The notes: generated from the sequence alone by a model not told the origin. 64,000 nucleotides of DNA from Felis catus (GCF_018350175.1 NC_058369.1:27902001-27966000); one strand, 5' to 3'. Positions 13,643 through 26,259 are shown, counted from the stretch's first letter. Numbers and translations: made by a program.

Positions 13643-13739
13643 AATGATTCCTTTTATTATGCACCTCCCGTCAAACATAAAACTCTAATGAGCAGTGAAA
13701 ATTTTGGACATACACACGGGTTTTGCAAAGTTTCACATG
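13643..13739 (+). other. Candidate plus-strand exon (97 nt)
   Basis: aattttcttcag|AAT...CACATG|gtgagt; one open frame NDSFYYAPPVKHKTLMSSENFGHTHGFCKVSH, not recognised. Confidence 0.2.
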
Positions 13740-14011
13740 GTGAGTTTAGGGATGCCTTCATTATTCTTCAAGTTTTGACAGAAATCAATTTTTTATAAAG
13801 GAATCAATTCAGCAACTTCAAAATGTTTCTAAATTACATCCCAATATATACCATACTAAGATGAAAAACGCTGCGTATAATTCTGTTAAAGATAAACACA
13901 CATTTTTCATCCTAAGTTAAATCTTGAAGAGAAACGCAAACTTCTCATAAAAAAGAAGTAATAATAAACCACTCTTAAGAATAAACCATTCTTAAGGATG
14001 CACAATTTCAT

Positions 14012-14230
14012 GGGGCGCCTGGGTGGCTCAGTCGATTGGGGGGCCGACTACAGCTCAGGTCATGATCTCACAGCTTGTGAGTTCAAGCCCTGCTTCCAGC
14101 TCTGTGCTGACAGCTCAGAGCCTAGAGACTGCTTCGGATTCTGTGTGCGTCTCTCTCTGCCCCTTCCCTGCTCACACTCTGCTTCTCTCTGTCTCTCAAA
14201 AATAAATAAGCATTCAAAAAATTAAGAAAA
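14012..14230 (+). mobile_element. Carnivore SINE
   Basis: full head/body/tail; TSD atgcacaatttca. Confidence 0.96.
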
Positions 14231-14439
14231 AAGAATGCACAATTTCAAAATGAGACCTTTCCAGGCTACCTCTCACAAAGCAATTTCTTTTAGGCTTCAG
14301 GGCACCCCAGTAGATGTTAAAAATAGAATACATTCCTATTCGTTCAAAAGAAGGACACTAATGTGAGCCGTGTAGCTTTCTGTGTTTCGGTAAAAATCAG
14401 AAATGATCTGCGCGTGGTGAATGAAGGTGATTCACTTAC

Positions 14440-14644
14440 AGAAGACCAGCATATCTCTCCTAGCCTAGCTTTTGAAAGCCACTCTGAAACAGCCCCTTCC
14501 CACAAAATTGCAGAGGAATTGCCTCTCAATTACAGCTTTCTGTCTGTTAAAAAGTAGAGTTGGTGATCACTTCTGACCTTTTCCCTCTGACAAGTCAAGA
14601 AATAAAAGAGGGGAAAAAAATCTGACAGGTGTGCTATTTAGAAG
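14440..14644 (-). other. Candidate exon or alternative first-exon end of the minus-strand transcript
   Basis: consensus donor CTTCT|gtaagtg at 14440; long pyrimidine tract ttttctttctcttttcctcttctttcccccatcctcag|C at 14644; ATG at 14452 gives MLVF before the donor. Confidence 0.4.
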
Positions 14645-15764
14645 CTGAGGATGGGGGAAAGAAGAGGAAAAGAGAAAGAAAAGCTTGTATTACCTAACTA
14701 AATCTCCAGGGGTTTTTGTTGGTTGGTTTGTGTTTTTTTTTAAGGGGTTTCCTTTTTATTATTCAATCTTATTTTTATAATTCCTTTTCCATGAATAAAT
14801 TGCAAGTTACAATATAATTTTGCTTAAACTATCTCACTCCCTATTTTAATTTAAGTATTATTTATTAAAGCCTTCCCACTATCAATCATTCAGGTTTCAT
14901 ACTTTGGGGCAATTTTGTGGAATGTTACAATTCTGCTCTTGCCTCTTCCTTTCCTTCTTGTAAGGAGGTTACAAATAATGACCCAAGAATGACCTTCCTA
15001 GATCCCTGCCATGTAATGGACTGGTGCAAGTCAGGACCTGTAAACACCAGCCTTTCCAATTTACCTGTTTATGCGGTCATTACAGAATGGATTAGGTTTT
15101 AGTTGAGACTGGGTTTAATTGAATAGGACTGTTTTAAAAATGACATGAATAGTTTTCCAGTTTTCGGACATTTACCTACGATTTTCCATTTCAAAAGAAT
15201 AACTACTGTGTTAAGGACTGAAAACACTGCTCTGATGAAAATTAAGCCTGGAACATTCCGTATTCTTGGCAGTTGGTGGGTTAAATTCTTGATAATCCGA
15301 CACTTGTTCAGTAAAACTGCTCATTGGAGGTAGAAGCCATGTGTGATCAAACTGCCACCTCTCCAAACTTCAAAGAGAAAAAAGGGCCAAAGGGTATGTG
15401 CTCTTCTCTGAGGTCAGTTAATGGTGGCTCCCACTGGGCTTTCAAACATTTAAGTCAGCTGCTTTTCAGTGGGGAACACACCATTTTGAGAAGAATTAAT
15501 GAATCTCAAACATTATGCAGAAGCCAGCCAGCCAAAATGCCACAATCCAAACAAAGCTGCAAACAGCACTTGGAAATTCAGATCCTGATTGACTGATGAC
15601 ATCACAGAACGAAAATAATGTCCCATATTCTCTTCTTGCTCTTCTATTTTTGTTGCCTTTACAACAGTCTGAGCTGCTTTTCTGAGACGGGAGCGATAGT
15701 TGCTCAGAAGTGACACATTAAAGTGGCTAATGGCCAGAAAGTGGGATTAAGTTAGAAAGAAAGG

Positions 15765-15833
15765 AAAAAAAAAAAAAAAAAAAAAAAAAAAACCAAAAAC
15801 CAAAAACCAAACACCAAAACAAAACAAAAAAAA
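15765..15833. repeat. Poly-A run followed by (AAAAC)n-like low-complexity tract
   Basis: direct reading. Confidence 0.9.
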
Positions 15834-16049
15834 CCTGAAAGAACACAAGTGGAAAGTGGTCAGAGATGATACACACATAACTCTAAAAGCAGGCATCAGT
15901 TACAGTAGTAGTTTCTCTACTAGAAATGGAAAGGGAAGTATTTCAAATCTACTGACCTGAAATGAATGTGCTATATGAACATAAGGACAATTTGTATGGC
16001 TCATGTCCAAAACCATAAAGCTATAAATGTTAAACTCACTTAGAAAAGG

Positions 16050-16630
16050 TGTATACGATAAAGATGGCATTTCAAATCTGTATGGGGAAATGGATTAATC
16101 AAGAAAGGGGTATTTGGGACCATGATGCCATTGGACAGAATAAATTTGATCAGTATCTCACAACTTATTCCAAATAAACAGAAGGTATATCCAAGACTTA
16201 AACATTACAAATGTTTTATTTGAAACATTTGTAATTGAAATTTGTAATTTGTATTTGAAAATGATAAAAGTACTAAAAAATAATTTTTTTCAAAATCTTT
16301 TTAATGTTTATTTGTGTGTGTGTGTGAGAGAGAGAAAGTGAGTGAGTAGGGGAAGGGCAGAGACAGAGGAAGTCACAGAATTCGAAGCAGGCTCTAGGCT
16401 CTGAGCTGTCAGCACAGAGGCCAATGCGGGGCATGAACTCATGAACTGTGAGATCATGACCTGAGCTGAAGTCAGATACTTAACTGACTAAACCACCCAG
16501 GTGCCCCTAGAAAAATAATTTTTAAACATTCTACAGTGAAGGAGACCTAAAAGACCATCAAATCTAATTAACATAAAAAAACAAAAGTTCAATATAACTT
16601 AAAACAAATAAATAGAAAATGAGCCAACCA
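16050..16630 (+). mobile_element. Degraded ancient L1 (L1ME-like) ORF2 fragment interrupted by a SINE
   Basis: gataaagatggcatttcaaatc...ggattaatcaagaaaggggt...tatctcacaac motifs. Confidence 0.55.
16285..16507 (-). mobile_element. Carnivore SINE
   Basis: reverse head caggtgcccc; TSD-like aaaaataattttt. Confidence 0.95.
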
Positions 16631-17202
16631 GAAAACCTACTATGAATAAACGTAAAGGACAAACAGGCAAAGGCCTGAAGGACAGATGTTCAGTAAACAG
16701 AGTCCCACAGAAACTCCCAAAGCAAGCAGACAAATGGAGAGGTGAGGTTGGGACTCTGCAGAGAGGCCAGAGCTAGAGGCGAGAGGATGGGGCAGACGCT
16801 CTTCAGGAAGGCAGGGATCATGGCCGCCTACCTCCCAGATGTGTGTGGAGTCTGTGTTCTGTGATTCCACCTCTGTTCTGTGGGTGGAGAAGTGACCAAG
16901 CTGGATACCTCCCATGCATAATCAACACAGGCTAGGTTGGACCATGTCCTCTACCGGACATCTAGAAGCCGAAAAGAGGGGGATATGGTGCTATGAGCAG
17001 AAGCAACTGAGTAAGCCTCTCTCTGTGTTCTCTCCTCCAAGCAGGAAAAGGCTGAGACATCCTGTCTACACATGGAGATAAAGAGAAACAAGAAATCATG
17101 AGGGAGGGAAGGTGAGAGACAGCCAGACAGCCAGACAGACAAGACAACCAACACTTGAGAACAAGCCTGTTTGGCATTAGTGCCCTCACCAGATTCTCAT
17201 CC

Positions 17203-17360
17203 TTGCTACTCAAAGTGTGGTGCCCAAACCAATAGTGCTGATGTCACCTGGGAGCTGGTCAGAAATATAGTCTCTCAGGGCCTCTCAGGAACAGTGAATC
17301 ACCATAGGCATCTCCACAGGTATCCCAGGAATTTTATGTAAGGTCAAGCTGGAGATGACT
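17203..17360 (+). mobile_element. MER5A1-like hAT-Charlie element
   Basis: tgctactcaaagtgtggt...tcacctgggagctggtcagaaat. Confidence 0.75.
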
Positions 17361-18102
17361 TTGTCTTTGAGCGTCTGAGATCCATTCATCCCTAATAAAG
17401 TGACCAGGCCTCTGACCGTATTGCTGATTTTGCCCACTAAGAGCTGTGCCCTCCTAATATTCACATGCCTTCCTGCTTCTTGACCCTTTTAATTCGAGAG
17501 AAACCTGCCTTCCACTTGCGTGAGTGGTATTGCCCTGCCTCTATATTCCGTGTCTTCCTCTTATTCTTCCTTATACAAATGAACATATGAACAACAAAAC
17601 AACAGCAGTTTTCAATTTAATGGCCAGCTCTGATCAATTTAGAGGATGTTTCTGTTGAGAGGATACGAGGGCCAAGTATGTCAGCTAAGTGAATGAGCTT
17701 TCCAAGTTCAATCAGCCACAGGTCGTGGTGCCCTGGGGCACACATTTGTCATCTTTATTCTGCATGCTACTTACCTACTGAGGACCTCAGTTTGGGCATA
17801 TTTATTTCTATCTCCATGCTCTTCCTCTAAGTCCTTTCTCCCTACCCTTGCACATGATTCCACCACCATTCATGAAAGTAAAACATAGAGAAACTGTAAG
17901 AGGTCTGCTCATGCCTTGTCTTGAGCTCTCCTAAACACCATCAATGAGGAACTTTTTCAAATAACTCAATGACTGGTCCATCATTTCCAAGGCCAGTGAA
18001 AGAATAGTACATATGTGTTTTAAAATTATTCATTCTAATGACACTGGAGTAGGATCACCTCAAACTAAGCGAATGACATTTTGCTTAAAAGACAGAATTG
18101 TA

Positions 18103-18330
18103 GGGGCACCTCAGTGGCTCAGTTGGTTGAGCATCAGACTCTTGACTTCAGTTGAAGTCACGACCTCACAGTTCGTGGGATCAAGCCCTGTGTCAGGCTG
18201 TGCGCTGACAGCATGGAGCCGGCTTGGGATTCTCTCCCTCTCTCTCTGACCCTCCCCTGCTTGCACACACACTCTCTCTCTCTCTCTCTCTCTCTCAAAA
18301 TAAAAATAAAAAACAAACATTAAAAAAAAG
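18103..18330 (+). mobile_element. Carnivore SINE
   Basis: head, CT tract, A tail; TSD agaattgt. Confidence 0.95.
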
Positions 18331-19422
18331 GTAGAATTGTGAATACCAAACCACATTTAACAACAACCAGATAAACATTTTTCAAAGTTCAAAATCCTTC
18401 ACCATGGGGAGTGTAATTAATAAAATACACTTGAAAAGTATGAATGCTTAGAATACACTTAGAGACTTGGCAAGAATTACCATAATCCTGTTCAAATCTA
18501 CATGCAGGCATGACTACAATCACTGATCAGGTAAGAAGAGATCACAGGTGTTGAGCACAGACCTGCCTTAGAGCACACAGTGTGGAACAAAGGTGATCTT
18601 GGTACCTTAATGTCTCAATGGATCGTGAGACCCTGTGTTCATCCTCCCAAGGCCTCGGGGCATATGTCTTTCCAGTTTGACAAAGGAGCAGACAATGAGA
18701 CTCCAAACCACTTTCCTAATAATATTCTGCAAAGTGACAACAAATTTCTAAAAGAAAACCAAATAAATTTAAAACATTCACATTATTTAGTTGACTAAAG
18801 AACCCTCTCAGATGTCAGTTCCCAAGAAGGCCTCAGGAAGTTTCAGAAAGTAAATGGACAACCTTCTACCACACCAATACAGCCAAGGTGGGAACACTGG
18901 AGCACACACACACCCTTGACCGTGTGCTTGACAAGCCACTTTATGAAAGTGTAAGATCAAAGTCCTGAGGCACATACACAATACATCCAAGAGCTCCTGG
19001 GGGCTGAATAAGGGTAGGCTGTGGGGACATGCAATACCTAGCCAAACAAAGTGTTTAGTGGCGAAACACGACTGCATCACAGTAAAGTCTATGCAACGTT
19101 GGAGGCCAACACCAAAACTAGCAGGGACAAAGAATGAAAGGATAGAGCCCTCATCTTCACCAAGGTAGCTCAGGAAGGTCTCCCAGGGAAATATCTGCTT
19201 GACTTGGGTGCCAGACAACAGGCTCCTTTTCCTACCTAAAGTTGAAAGTGATGAATTTTTAATCAACTTACTGCTCAGAGTGTGTATTTTAGTTTTCTAC
19301 CACTGCTGTAACAAACTGCCACAAATTTAATGTCTTAAAACAACAAATTCATCTTATAGGTCTAGAGGTTAGAAGTCTGAAATGGATCTTAGTGGGCTAA
19401 GATCAAGATATCATTGTGTTTT

Positions 19423-19650
19423 GGGACGCCTGGGTGGCTCAGTCGGTTAAGCGACTGACTTCAGCTCAGGTCATGATCTCACAGTCCCTGAGTTCGAGCC
19501 TCGGGTCAGGTTCGGTGCTGACAGCTTAGAGCCTGGAGCCTGCTTCAGATTCTGTGTCTTGTCTCTCTCTGCCCCTCCCCTGCTTATGCTCTGTCTCTCT
19601 CTCTCTCTCTCAAAATTAAATAAACATTAAAAAAATTTTAAATATATTTT
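19423..19650 (+). mobile_element. Carnivore SINE (first of tandem pair)
   Basis: full-length; TSD aagatatca(t/a)tgtgtt at 19405-19420 and 19874-19889. Confidence 0.96.
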
Positions 19651-19665
19651 AATAAAAAGATATCA

Positions 19666-19867
19666 GGGGCACCTGGGTAGCTTAGTCGGTTGGGTGTCCG
19701 AGTTCGGCTCAGGTCTTGATGTCACAGCTCGTGAGTTCGAGCCCCGGGTCAGGCTCTGTGCTGACAGGTCAGAGCCTGAAGCTTGCTTTGGATCCTGTGT
19801 CTCCCTCTCTCTCTGCCCCTCCCCTGCTCACACTCTCTCTGTCTCTTAAAAATAAATAAATATTAAA
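19666..19867 (+). mobile_element. Carnivore SINE (second, inserted in the tail of the first)
   Basis: TSD aataaaaagatatca at 19651-19665 and 19868-19882. Confidence 0.96.
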
Positions 19868-20854
19868 AATAAAAAGATATCAATGTGTTCCTTCTGGAGG
19901 CTGTAAGGGAGAAGCATATTCTTGACTTGTCTAGCTTCTGCAGGACAACTGCATTCCTTGGCTTATGGCCTCATCTTTAAGCCAGCAATAGCATGCTGAG
20001 TCCCCCTATATCACATCACCCTAATCTCTGCTTCCATCACCACATCTCCTCCTTTTACCTCTCTTAGCTCTTGCCTCCCTCATTCATTATAAGGACTCTT
20101 GTGACTATATTGGGACTACCTGAGTAATCCAGGATAATCTTCCCATCTCAAAATCTGTAACTTCAATCACATCTGTAAAGTACCTTCTGGTACCCTTCAT
20201 GAGTTCCGGGGTCTAGGACAGGCGTATCCTTAGGGTACCAGAATTGTGCCTATCACACTGGGTTAGACACCACACTACCCTAAGTACAAAGGTAAGACAC
20301 AAGATGGGACCTCCAGGGCAGTCTCATTGCTCAGGCCAAGTGTTACAACTGTGTTCTTCTCAGCCATAAGGGGAATTATAAGGATTGTGATACCATTAAT
20401 AGCTGTAGCATGGTATACCTAGTGTGTATGTGCATGGACATACATATTATGCATGGTATGTGCATATAAGTACAGGATATACATACCATATACAGTGAGC
20501 ATTTTGTTTGTAAGAAATACATAAAGCAGGATTGCACCAGTCTCATTCCTTTGAAGTCTGTCATACTTTTGTGTAAGGAAAAATCATGTGTTTATGGCTT
20601 GTGTGCTGGGGACCACAGATAAGTACAGTCATGTGGAGTCCAATGCACATGAGAGACAGCTATCATGTGCATTACCACCAAACAAACACACAAGCTACTT
20701 ATTATGTCAGGAATTTCTCAGGGTATGGTGCATATTCCATTCACTAAATTTAACTTTTTAACTTGAAAATCAGTGAATTTATTTAGTGTGCATTTAAGAA
20801 AATACAACCAGCATATCAAAGTCATGATTCCATGAACGTCCTACCTTAACACTA

Positions 20855-21152
20855 CTCTGCCCAATACAGTAGCCATTAGCCACATAAAGCTCTTGAGCAC
20901 TTGAAATGTGCCTGGTCCGAAATGAGATGCACTGCATATATAAAATACAGGATTTCAAAGAGTAGTATGAACAAAAGAATGTAAGAAATCTCATTTTAAA
21001 AGGTTCTATGTTGATTAGATCTTGAAATGATACCAGCTATGATACAGTGGGCTAAATATGATTAATTTCACCTGCTTATTTGTCCCTTCTTTAATGTGGT
21101 TAGTAGAAAATTTTGTATTTGCCTCTTACTATATTTTCATTTAATAGGACTG
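20855..21152. mobile_element. MER33-like hAT-Charlie element
   Basis: ccaatacagtagccattagccac...gagcacttgaaatgtg...gatttcaaagagtagtatga. Confidence 0.8.
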
Positions 21153-22922
21153 GCTTAGAACAATGCCAAAGTCCTGCATTAGTTAAAACAAAGTAAGTTG
21201 AGATAAAGTAAATAACGGTAAAGTTAGCACAAAGACATCTCAAATATCTTAAAAGTTGAGTTAATAACTGATGTTTGGCAACACTACAACCAACCCTAGA
21301 AAATGGAACCCAGCTTTTTAATATTTTCTGGGAAAGAGATCTTAGTACTTCTGAGGTTGTTTAGTCCAATGCCAGGTGGGACCAAACAATAAAAAAATTT
21401 TCTTTGTATTGACTGGAAATCCGTAAATTCTTTGTACATTTCTTTCTGCTGACCTTAGTTCTGGCCGATGAAGCAAAATACACACCTATTCTCTACTACC
21501 CATAACTACTTGGTCCTAGGCTGTTAAAGCAAAAGACTTTTGTAAAACTAACAGAGCAGCTTTGTAACTTGGTAAACTTGAAAGGCCACCTTGTTGGAGG
21601 AAGACTCTTACTGCAGGCACAGGCATTCCCCGTTGATGAGCTCAAGTCAGCTACTATAAGGTTCTGTACACACTTTCTGATGATGGATAAAACAAATGGA
21701 TACACCTCACAGGCACAGTACAAATTAAAAATACATTAGTTCACTGCAACCTCCGATCTGGGATTGAAAAATGCTTGGGTGATTTTTTTTTTCAAATAAA
21801 GTTTAGATGAGGCAGGAATTCAGCACAGAGTTCTGAGACTCCCTGGGTCCAGTTGAGTACTTGGAGGGAAATCAAATACATTTTATCTAAGGTATGGCAC
21901 TAACTTTCATCAAAAAATTATCATATGCTCAGCCACAAATGGTTATTGTAAAATCTTTATTAACCTAAGTGCATATAAAAATTGTGAATTCCTAATACAA
22001 AGCAGTATTTGACTTTTAAATTTCATTTTAAGCTTGGCCCGTTCACTTGGAATGTGATTACAGAGTAAATTAAAAAGTAATCACATGTGAATTACATTTC
22101 CTCATGAATGTAATGACTTCAGGAGGCTGATTAATGTTAAGCAGTGCCTGTCCTACCACATGCATACCTTCCCAGGTGAGATATGCAAGATAGCTGTCGT
22201 GAGTTGATTTAATTTTCTTTCTCTGGTATTCCAGAGAGAATGCCCACACACATAACAGACACGGCATGTTCATTAGGACAGAGGATGTTCTCCCCTTTTG
22301 TCAATTCAAGAACCACCTGCAAAACACCATCCTTGTCAACTTATGGTTATGAGAAACACCCAGGGGAGGAAGTCCGACTCAGGTACCATTTCCTAATGAA
22401 CCAAACCTAAATCTCAATCTCTCTTTCTATCTTCTTGGCAAATCTTCCTGTCTGGATGGAATAATTCAAGAGATTCAGGGGAAAATGCATTTGTATTGGT
22501 GTAAAGATAACAAATGGTCTCGCAAAGAATGAAAGCTTATTAATAATCTACAGCAGTATTACTGCAGAGAACAAAATTTAAACTATAAATTTAAACTATA
22601 TGGAGCACAAGATCATTAAAATATTTCCCTCATGGGTAATGGAGAATGTAGAAGTCAAAAATATTTACTTTTTTTTAAGTGAAGGTATTGTTTTCTAAAG
22701 GCGTCATCAGAGGAATCATGCTACTGTTAGCTGGGGAAGGCTTGGTGGTTCATTATTTGTAGCTCAAAGAAAATAAATCATTATAGTGGCATTGGTAGTG
22801 GGCCAAATAAATCCAGATCCTGAGAGTTAACTTTTAGTTAAGAGTTTATGTTCATTCCTGTGACTCACTACCCCACCGGTGGAATGATGGATTAGTGTGG
22901 TAGCATTAGAAGGACATTTTAT

Positions 22923-23125
22923 GGGGCATTTGGGTGGCTCAGTCGGTTAAGCATATGACTCGTGATGTTGGCTCAGGTCATGATCTCATCGTTTCTGGGT
23001 TTGAGCCCCACATCATGCTCTATGCCGACAATGTGGAGTCTGCTTGGGATTCTCTCTCTTTTCCTCTCTTTCTGCCCCTCCCCTGCTCACAGTCTGTCAA
23101 AATAAATAAATAAACTTAAAAAAAT
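22923..23125 (+). mobile_element. Carnivore SINE
   Basis: head, body, aataaataaa tail. Confidence 0.95.
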
Positions 23126-23919
23126 CATTTAATAATCTTGGACACTTGTAGAGAAGTAATGTCACAAAATTGTTGTAAAACAATACCTATTCTTACTGTG
23201 TGTTATGTTCTCTGACATCACCTAATCTGTAGTCTGTTTTTTTTTTTCTTTTAAATTAGGTCAGACCCATTACATTAAATTTATATTCTGTGAATGAGTC
23301 AACCAACAAATGAAGACATTATGGACGAGAGAACCTTGGGAGTCACTGAAGTTGGAAGACCACATCTCATTGCCATTTAATTGTGTGCCCTCACAAGAAA
23401 GTGTTCCACATGTCAAGAGCTTCTAGCTTTGAACAGGAGGAAAGGGGTGGTAGGGAGCGAATTAATGTCAAGAGAATAAGATATAAAAGGCACACGGTTC
23501 TGTAGTTTCTCCTAAGACTGGCCTTTGGGACTCCTTTCAATTTTTGTTTATTTCTATGTTTTTGTTTTTGTCATGTTTTTAGCCTGAGGTATTTAAGTTT
23601 CTAAAACATTACATGTAGTTTCAAGAATAGTGGAAAGACATTTAAGTATAAATTTAAAAAAAAAAATCAAGGATTAAGAAGAAATCCAAAACTATGAAGA
23701 GGTAATGCATGTTTTCCCAAATTAGGAAGACAGGAGAGATAATTCTTGTATTTTATTTTGGGGATAACATTCATAAGTGACTAAAAATGTAAAACACTAT
23801 ACTGATATACAATAATTCCATGCTTTAATTTGTAGTAATACTCTCTTATTGTACCAAAGACTTTATTCCACATCCTATCGTTCCTAATCTAAACATTTTA
23901 AACTCTTTAGTAATACACT

Positions 23920-24035
23920 GTGTGATATCCAGAAGAGGGTAACCAAGATTGTGAGTGAAATAGAAAACACCTCACAGGATAATGAATGGAAGAAAAAACA
24001 GACCCTACTTAACATAAACAAGGTAAGACTTGAAT
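23920..24035 (+). mobile_element. CR1/L3 LINE fragment
   Basis: tccagaagagggtaaccaagattgtgag resembles the CR1 RT motif VQRRATKMV. Confidence 0.5.
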
Positions 24036-24626
24036 AAGATAGAAAGATTTAGGAACATAGGGCCTCAATCCAGAGCAAAGTGCTGGGCCCAAGCTCTGAA
24101 GGCAGAGACAGTGGATTTAGCGTGCTCCTGAGGTACCAGTGAGGGTTCTGTTGCCAACAGAACTGGATGAATCAACTGCCCTTGTGTGCATCCCCATCTG
24201 CAAAATGAGAAATGATAGCTAATTTCCTTCCCAATATTTCAGGGACTGATGTGTGAGAGTGGCCTAGTGACTTACATGAACTCTACAAATTCTGTTCTAC
24301 CATGTTTGATTTTCTGTTGTGGATAATACTCAGCAGAACACAATATTCCCCAACATGTCAAAATGTACTTATATCCTCACCCTTTTCCAGGATCTATCAT
24401 CAGAATTATACTACATGTTACTAAAATTACTTTTACAGAATGAAATTTTGTATGAAATGGGCCCAAGACAAGTAAATTTAATCATTAAAATGTCAAAATG
24501 ATCTTCTTCTAACATAACAAGATCTTAACCTCTACCAGGCAACCATAATTTGAACTTCAAGAACAGCATTAAACTGAACCACCAGTGTTTTTCTTCTAGA
24601 ATCAAAATCTTTTTGTTGCTTTTAAA

Positions 24627-24627
<1 letters not shown>

Positions 24628-24680
<53 letters not shown>
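24628..24680. repeat. (GATA)3(GA)n microsatellite
   Basis: direct reading. Confidence 0.95.
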
Positions 24681-24684
<4 letters not shown>

Positions 24685-25276
24685 CACTGAACTTTTAATT
24701 AGGTTCCAAAAATGTGACCTGAGACAATAACAGAATGGCCTATTTTAATGCTACACTGTTCTTCATGGTATCTGCTTAAAAATGGGCCAGGCTTTGAAAC
24801 ACTCTGACATCACACTGTGACATCTAAAATGTTGAGGCTACTGATTCAGTTTTATTTCAAAAGATGCCTTTCTTCACTCCTTTGTCCAACTACACATCCA
24901 TCTATCCACCATCCTTTCAACAAACGTCAACATTCATAGCCAGGCATAAGACAGAGACGACCAGCAAGAAGAACATGGTCCCTGTCTTCAGAAGAGTTCA
25001 TTAAAGTCCAACTAGGAAAAGAAGCACTTACCTAACTTAAAACAGGTTGCACTGATGGTACTCAGCCAAGTCTGAAGAGATTACGCTTACTGTTTTGGTC
25101 TTTACTCTGTGTCAACTATGGTGTAGCCATTGATCCACTGTTACTTCCAATATTCCCTTGCTGTTTCACCAACCCAGAAGTGGCCTGCCTGCAAGGTGGA
25201 AAATATGACTCCCTCTACTGTCACCTGCAGATTCATAATCAGTATCCTAAACTCCATATTGTGGATTTACATTTCT

Positions 25277-25483
25277 ATTTTTTTTTTAAACATTTATTTA
25301 TTTTTGAGAGACAGAGCATGAGTTGGGGAGGAGCAGGGAGAGAGGGAGACACAGAATCCGAAGCAGGCTCCAGGCCCTGAGCTGTCAACACAGAGCCCAA
25401 CATGGGGCTCAAACTCACCAACAGTGAGATCATGACCTGAGCCAAAGTCGGATGCTTAACCAAGTGGGCCACCCAGATGCTTC
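25277..25483 (-). mobile_element. Carnivore SINE
   Basis: 17-bp TSD tgtggatttacatttct at 25260-25276 and 25484-25500. Confidence 0.97.
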
Positions 25484-26035
25484 TGTGGATTTACATTTCT
25501 AAGTGCTATCTCAACACTAATACCATTGTGCAGTACTATTGAGGGACACCAGAGAAAAGGAGATGCTACATCAGGCAGATGGCCCGATGGAAAGAACCAT
25601 TTAACAATACTCCAGAACCTCTACCCCATGAAAGAATGGAATGGCCATATGTAAGGAAACCGAATCATTTGTATGTACTCCTTCTTAAACCTACACTGAT
25701 CACCTTTTGCAGTGCTGCATGCCATGGACTACATGGGAATTTATTATACTAGGCACTCTACTTTTGCATAGGTTTCAAATTTTTCATAATAATATGTTGT
25801 AATAGTCAATGTTAATGAATAACTGAGTTAGTGCGTGGTACATATGTTCCGAAGACTACCCAAACCTTCATCAAAATCCCTAACTAGACCCCAATTAAAC
25901 TTCTTTTGGATTCTTTGAGGTGAGGTGGGAAATGCTTCAGAATACTTTAAATTGTATTATGTTTGCCTAGCATGAGCATTAGAACCATCAAATTTACTCT
26001 TACCAGTCAGTTGTCCATTAAAAAAGATGGCTGTT

Positions 26036-26259
26036 GGGGCGCTTGGGTGGCGCAGTCGGTTAAACATCCGACTTCAGCCAGGTCACGATCTCGCGGTCCG
26101 TGAGTTCGAGCCCCGCGTCGGGCTCTGGGCTGATGGCTCAGAGCCTGGAGCCTGTTTCCGGTTCTGTGTCTCCCTCTCTCTCTGCCCCTCCCCCGTTCAT
26201 GCTCTGCCTCTCTCTGTCCCAAAAATAAATAAACGTTGAAAAAAAAATTTAAAAAAAAA
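26036..26259 (+). mobile_element. Young felid SINE (SINEC_Fc-type)
   Basis: CpG-rich gtggcgcagtcgg...gccaggtcacgatctcgcggtccgtgag; TSD-like aaaaa.gatggctg. Confidence 0.97.

Larger units (their letters stand above)
19283..20257 (-). mobile_element. MaLR solo LTR (MLT1C/D-like) interrupted by two SINEs
   Basis: tgtattttagttttct...gctgtaacaaa start, ttccttctggaggct, gtaatccaggataatct, ends gcctatcaca. Confidence 0.85.

Noticed and set aside
15513..15716. 67-aa ORF with a hydrophobic C-terminus, like a tail-anchored microprotein
   Set aside because: No homology recognised and no supporting splice structure; kept only as part of the candidate regulatory block
18808..19266. 152-aa minus-strand ORF
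   Set aside because: Non-ATG start, no recognisable domain or exon boundaries; compatible with chance
25032..25071. Minus-strand 40-nt micro-exon (ctcttcag|...TTAG|gtaagt)
   Set aside because: Short pyrimidine tract, next to an L2 remnant, unrecognised peptide; indistinguishable from a chance pseudo-exon
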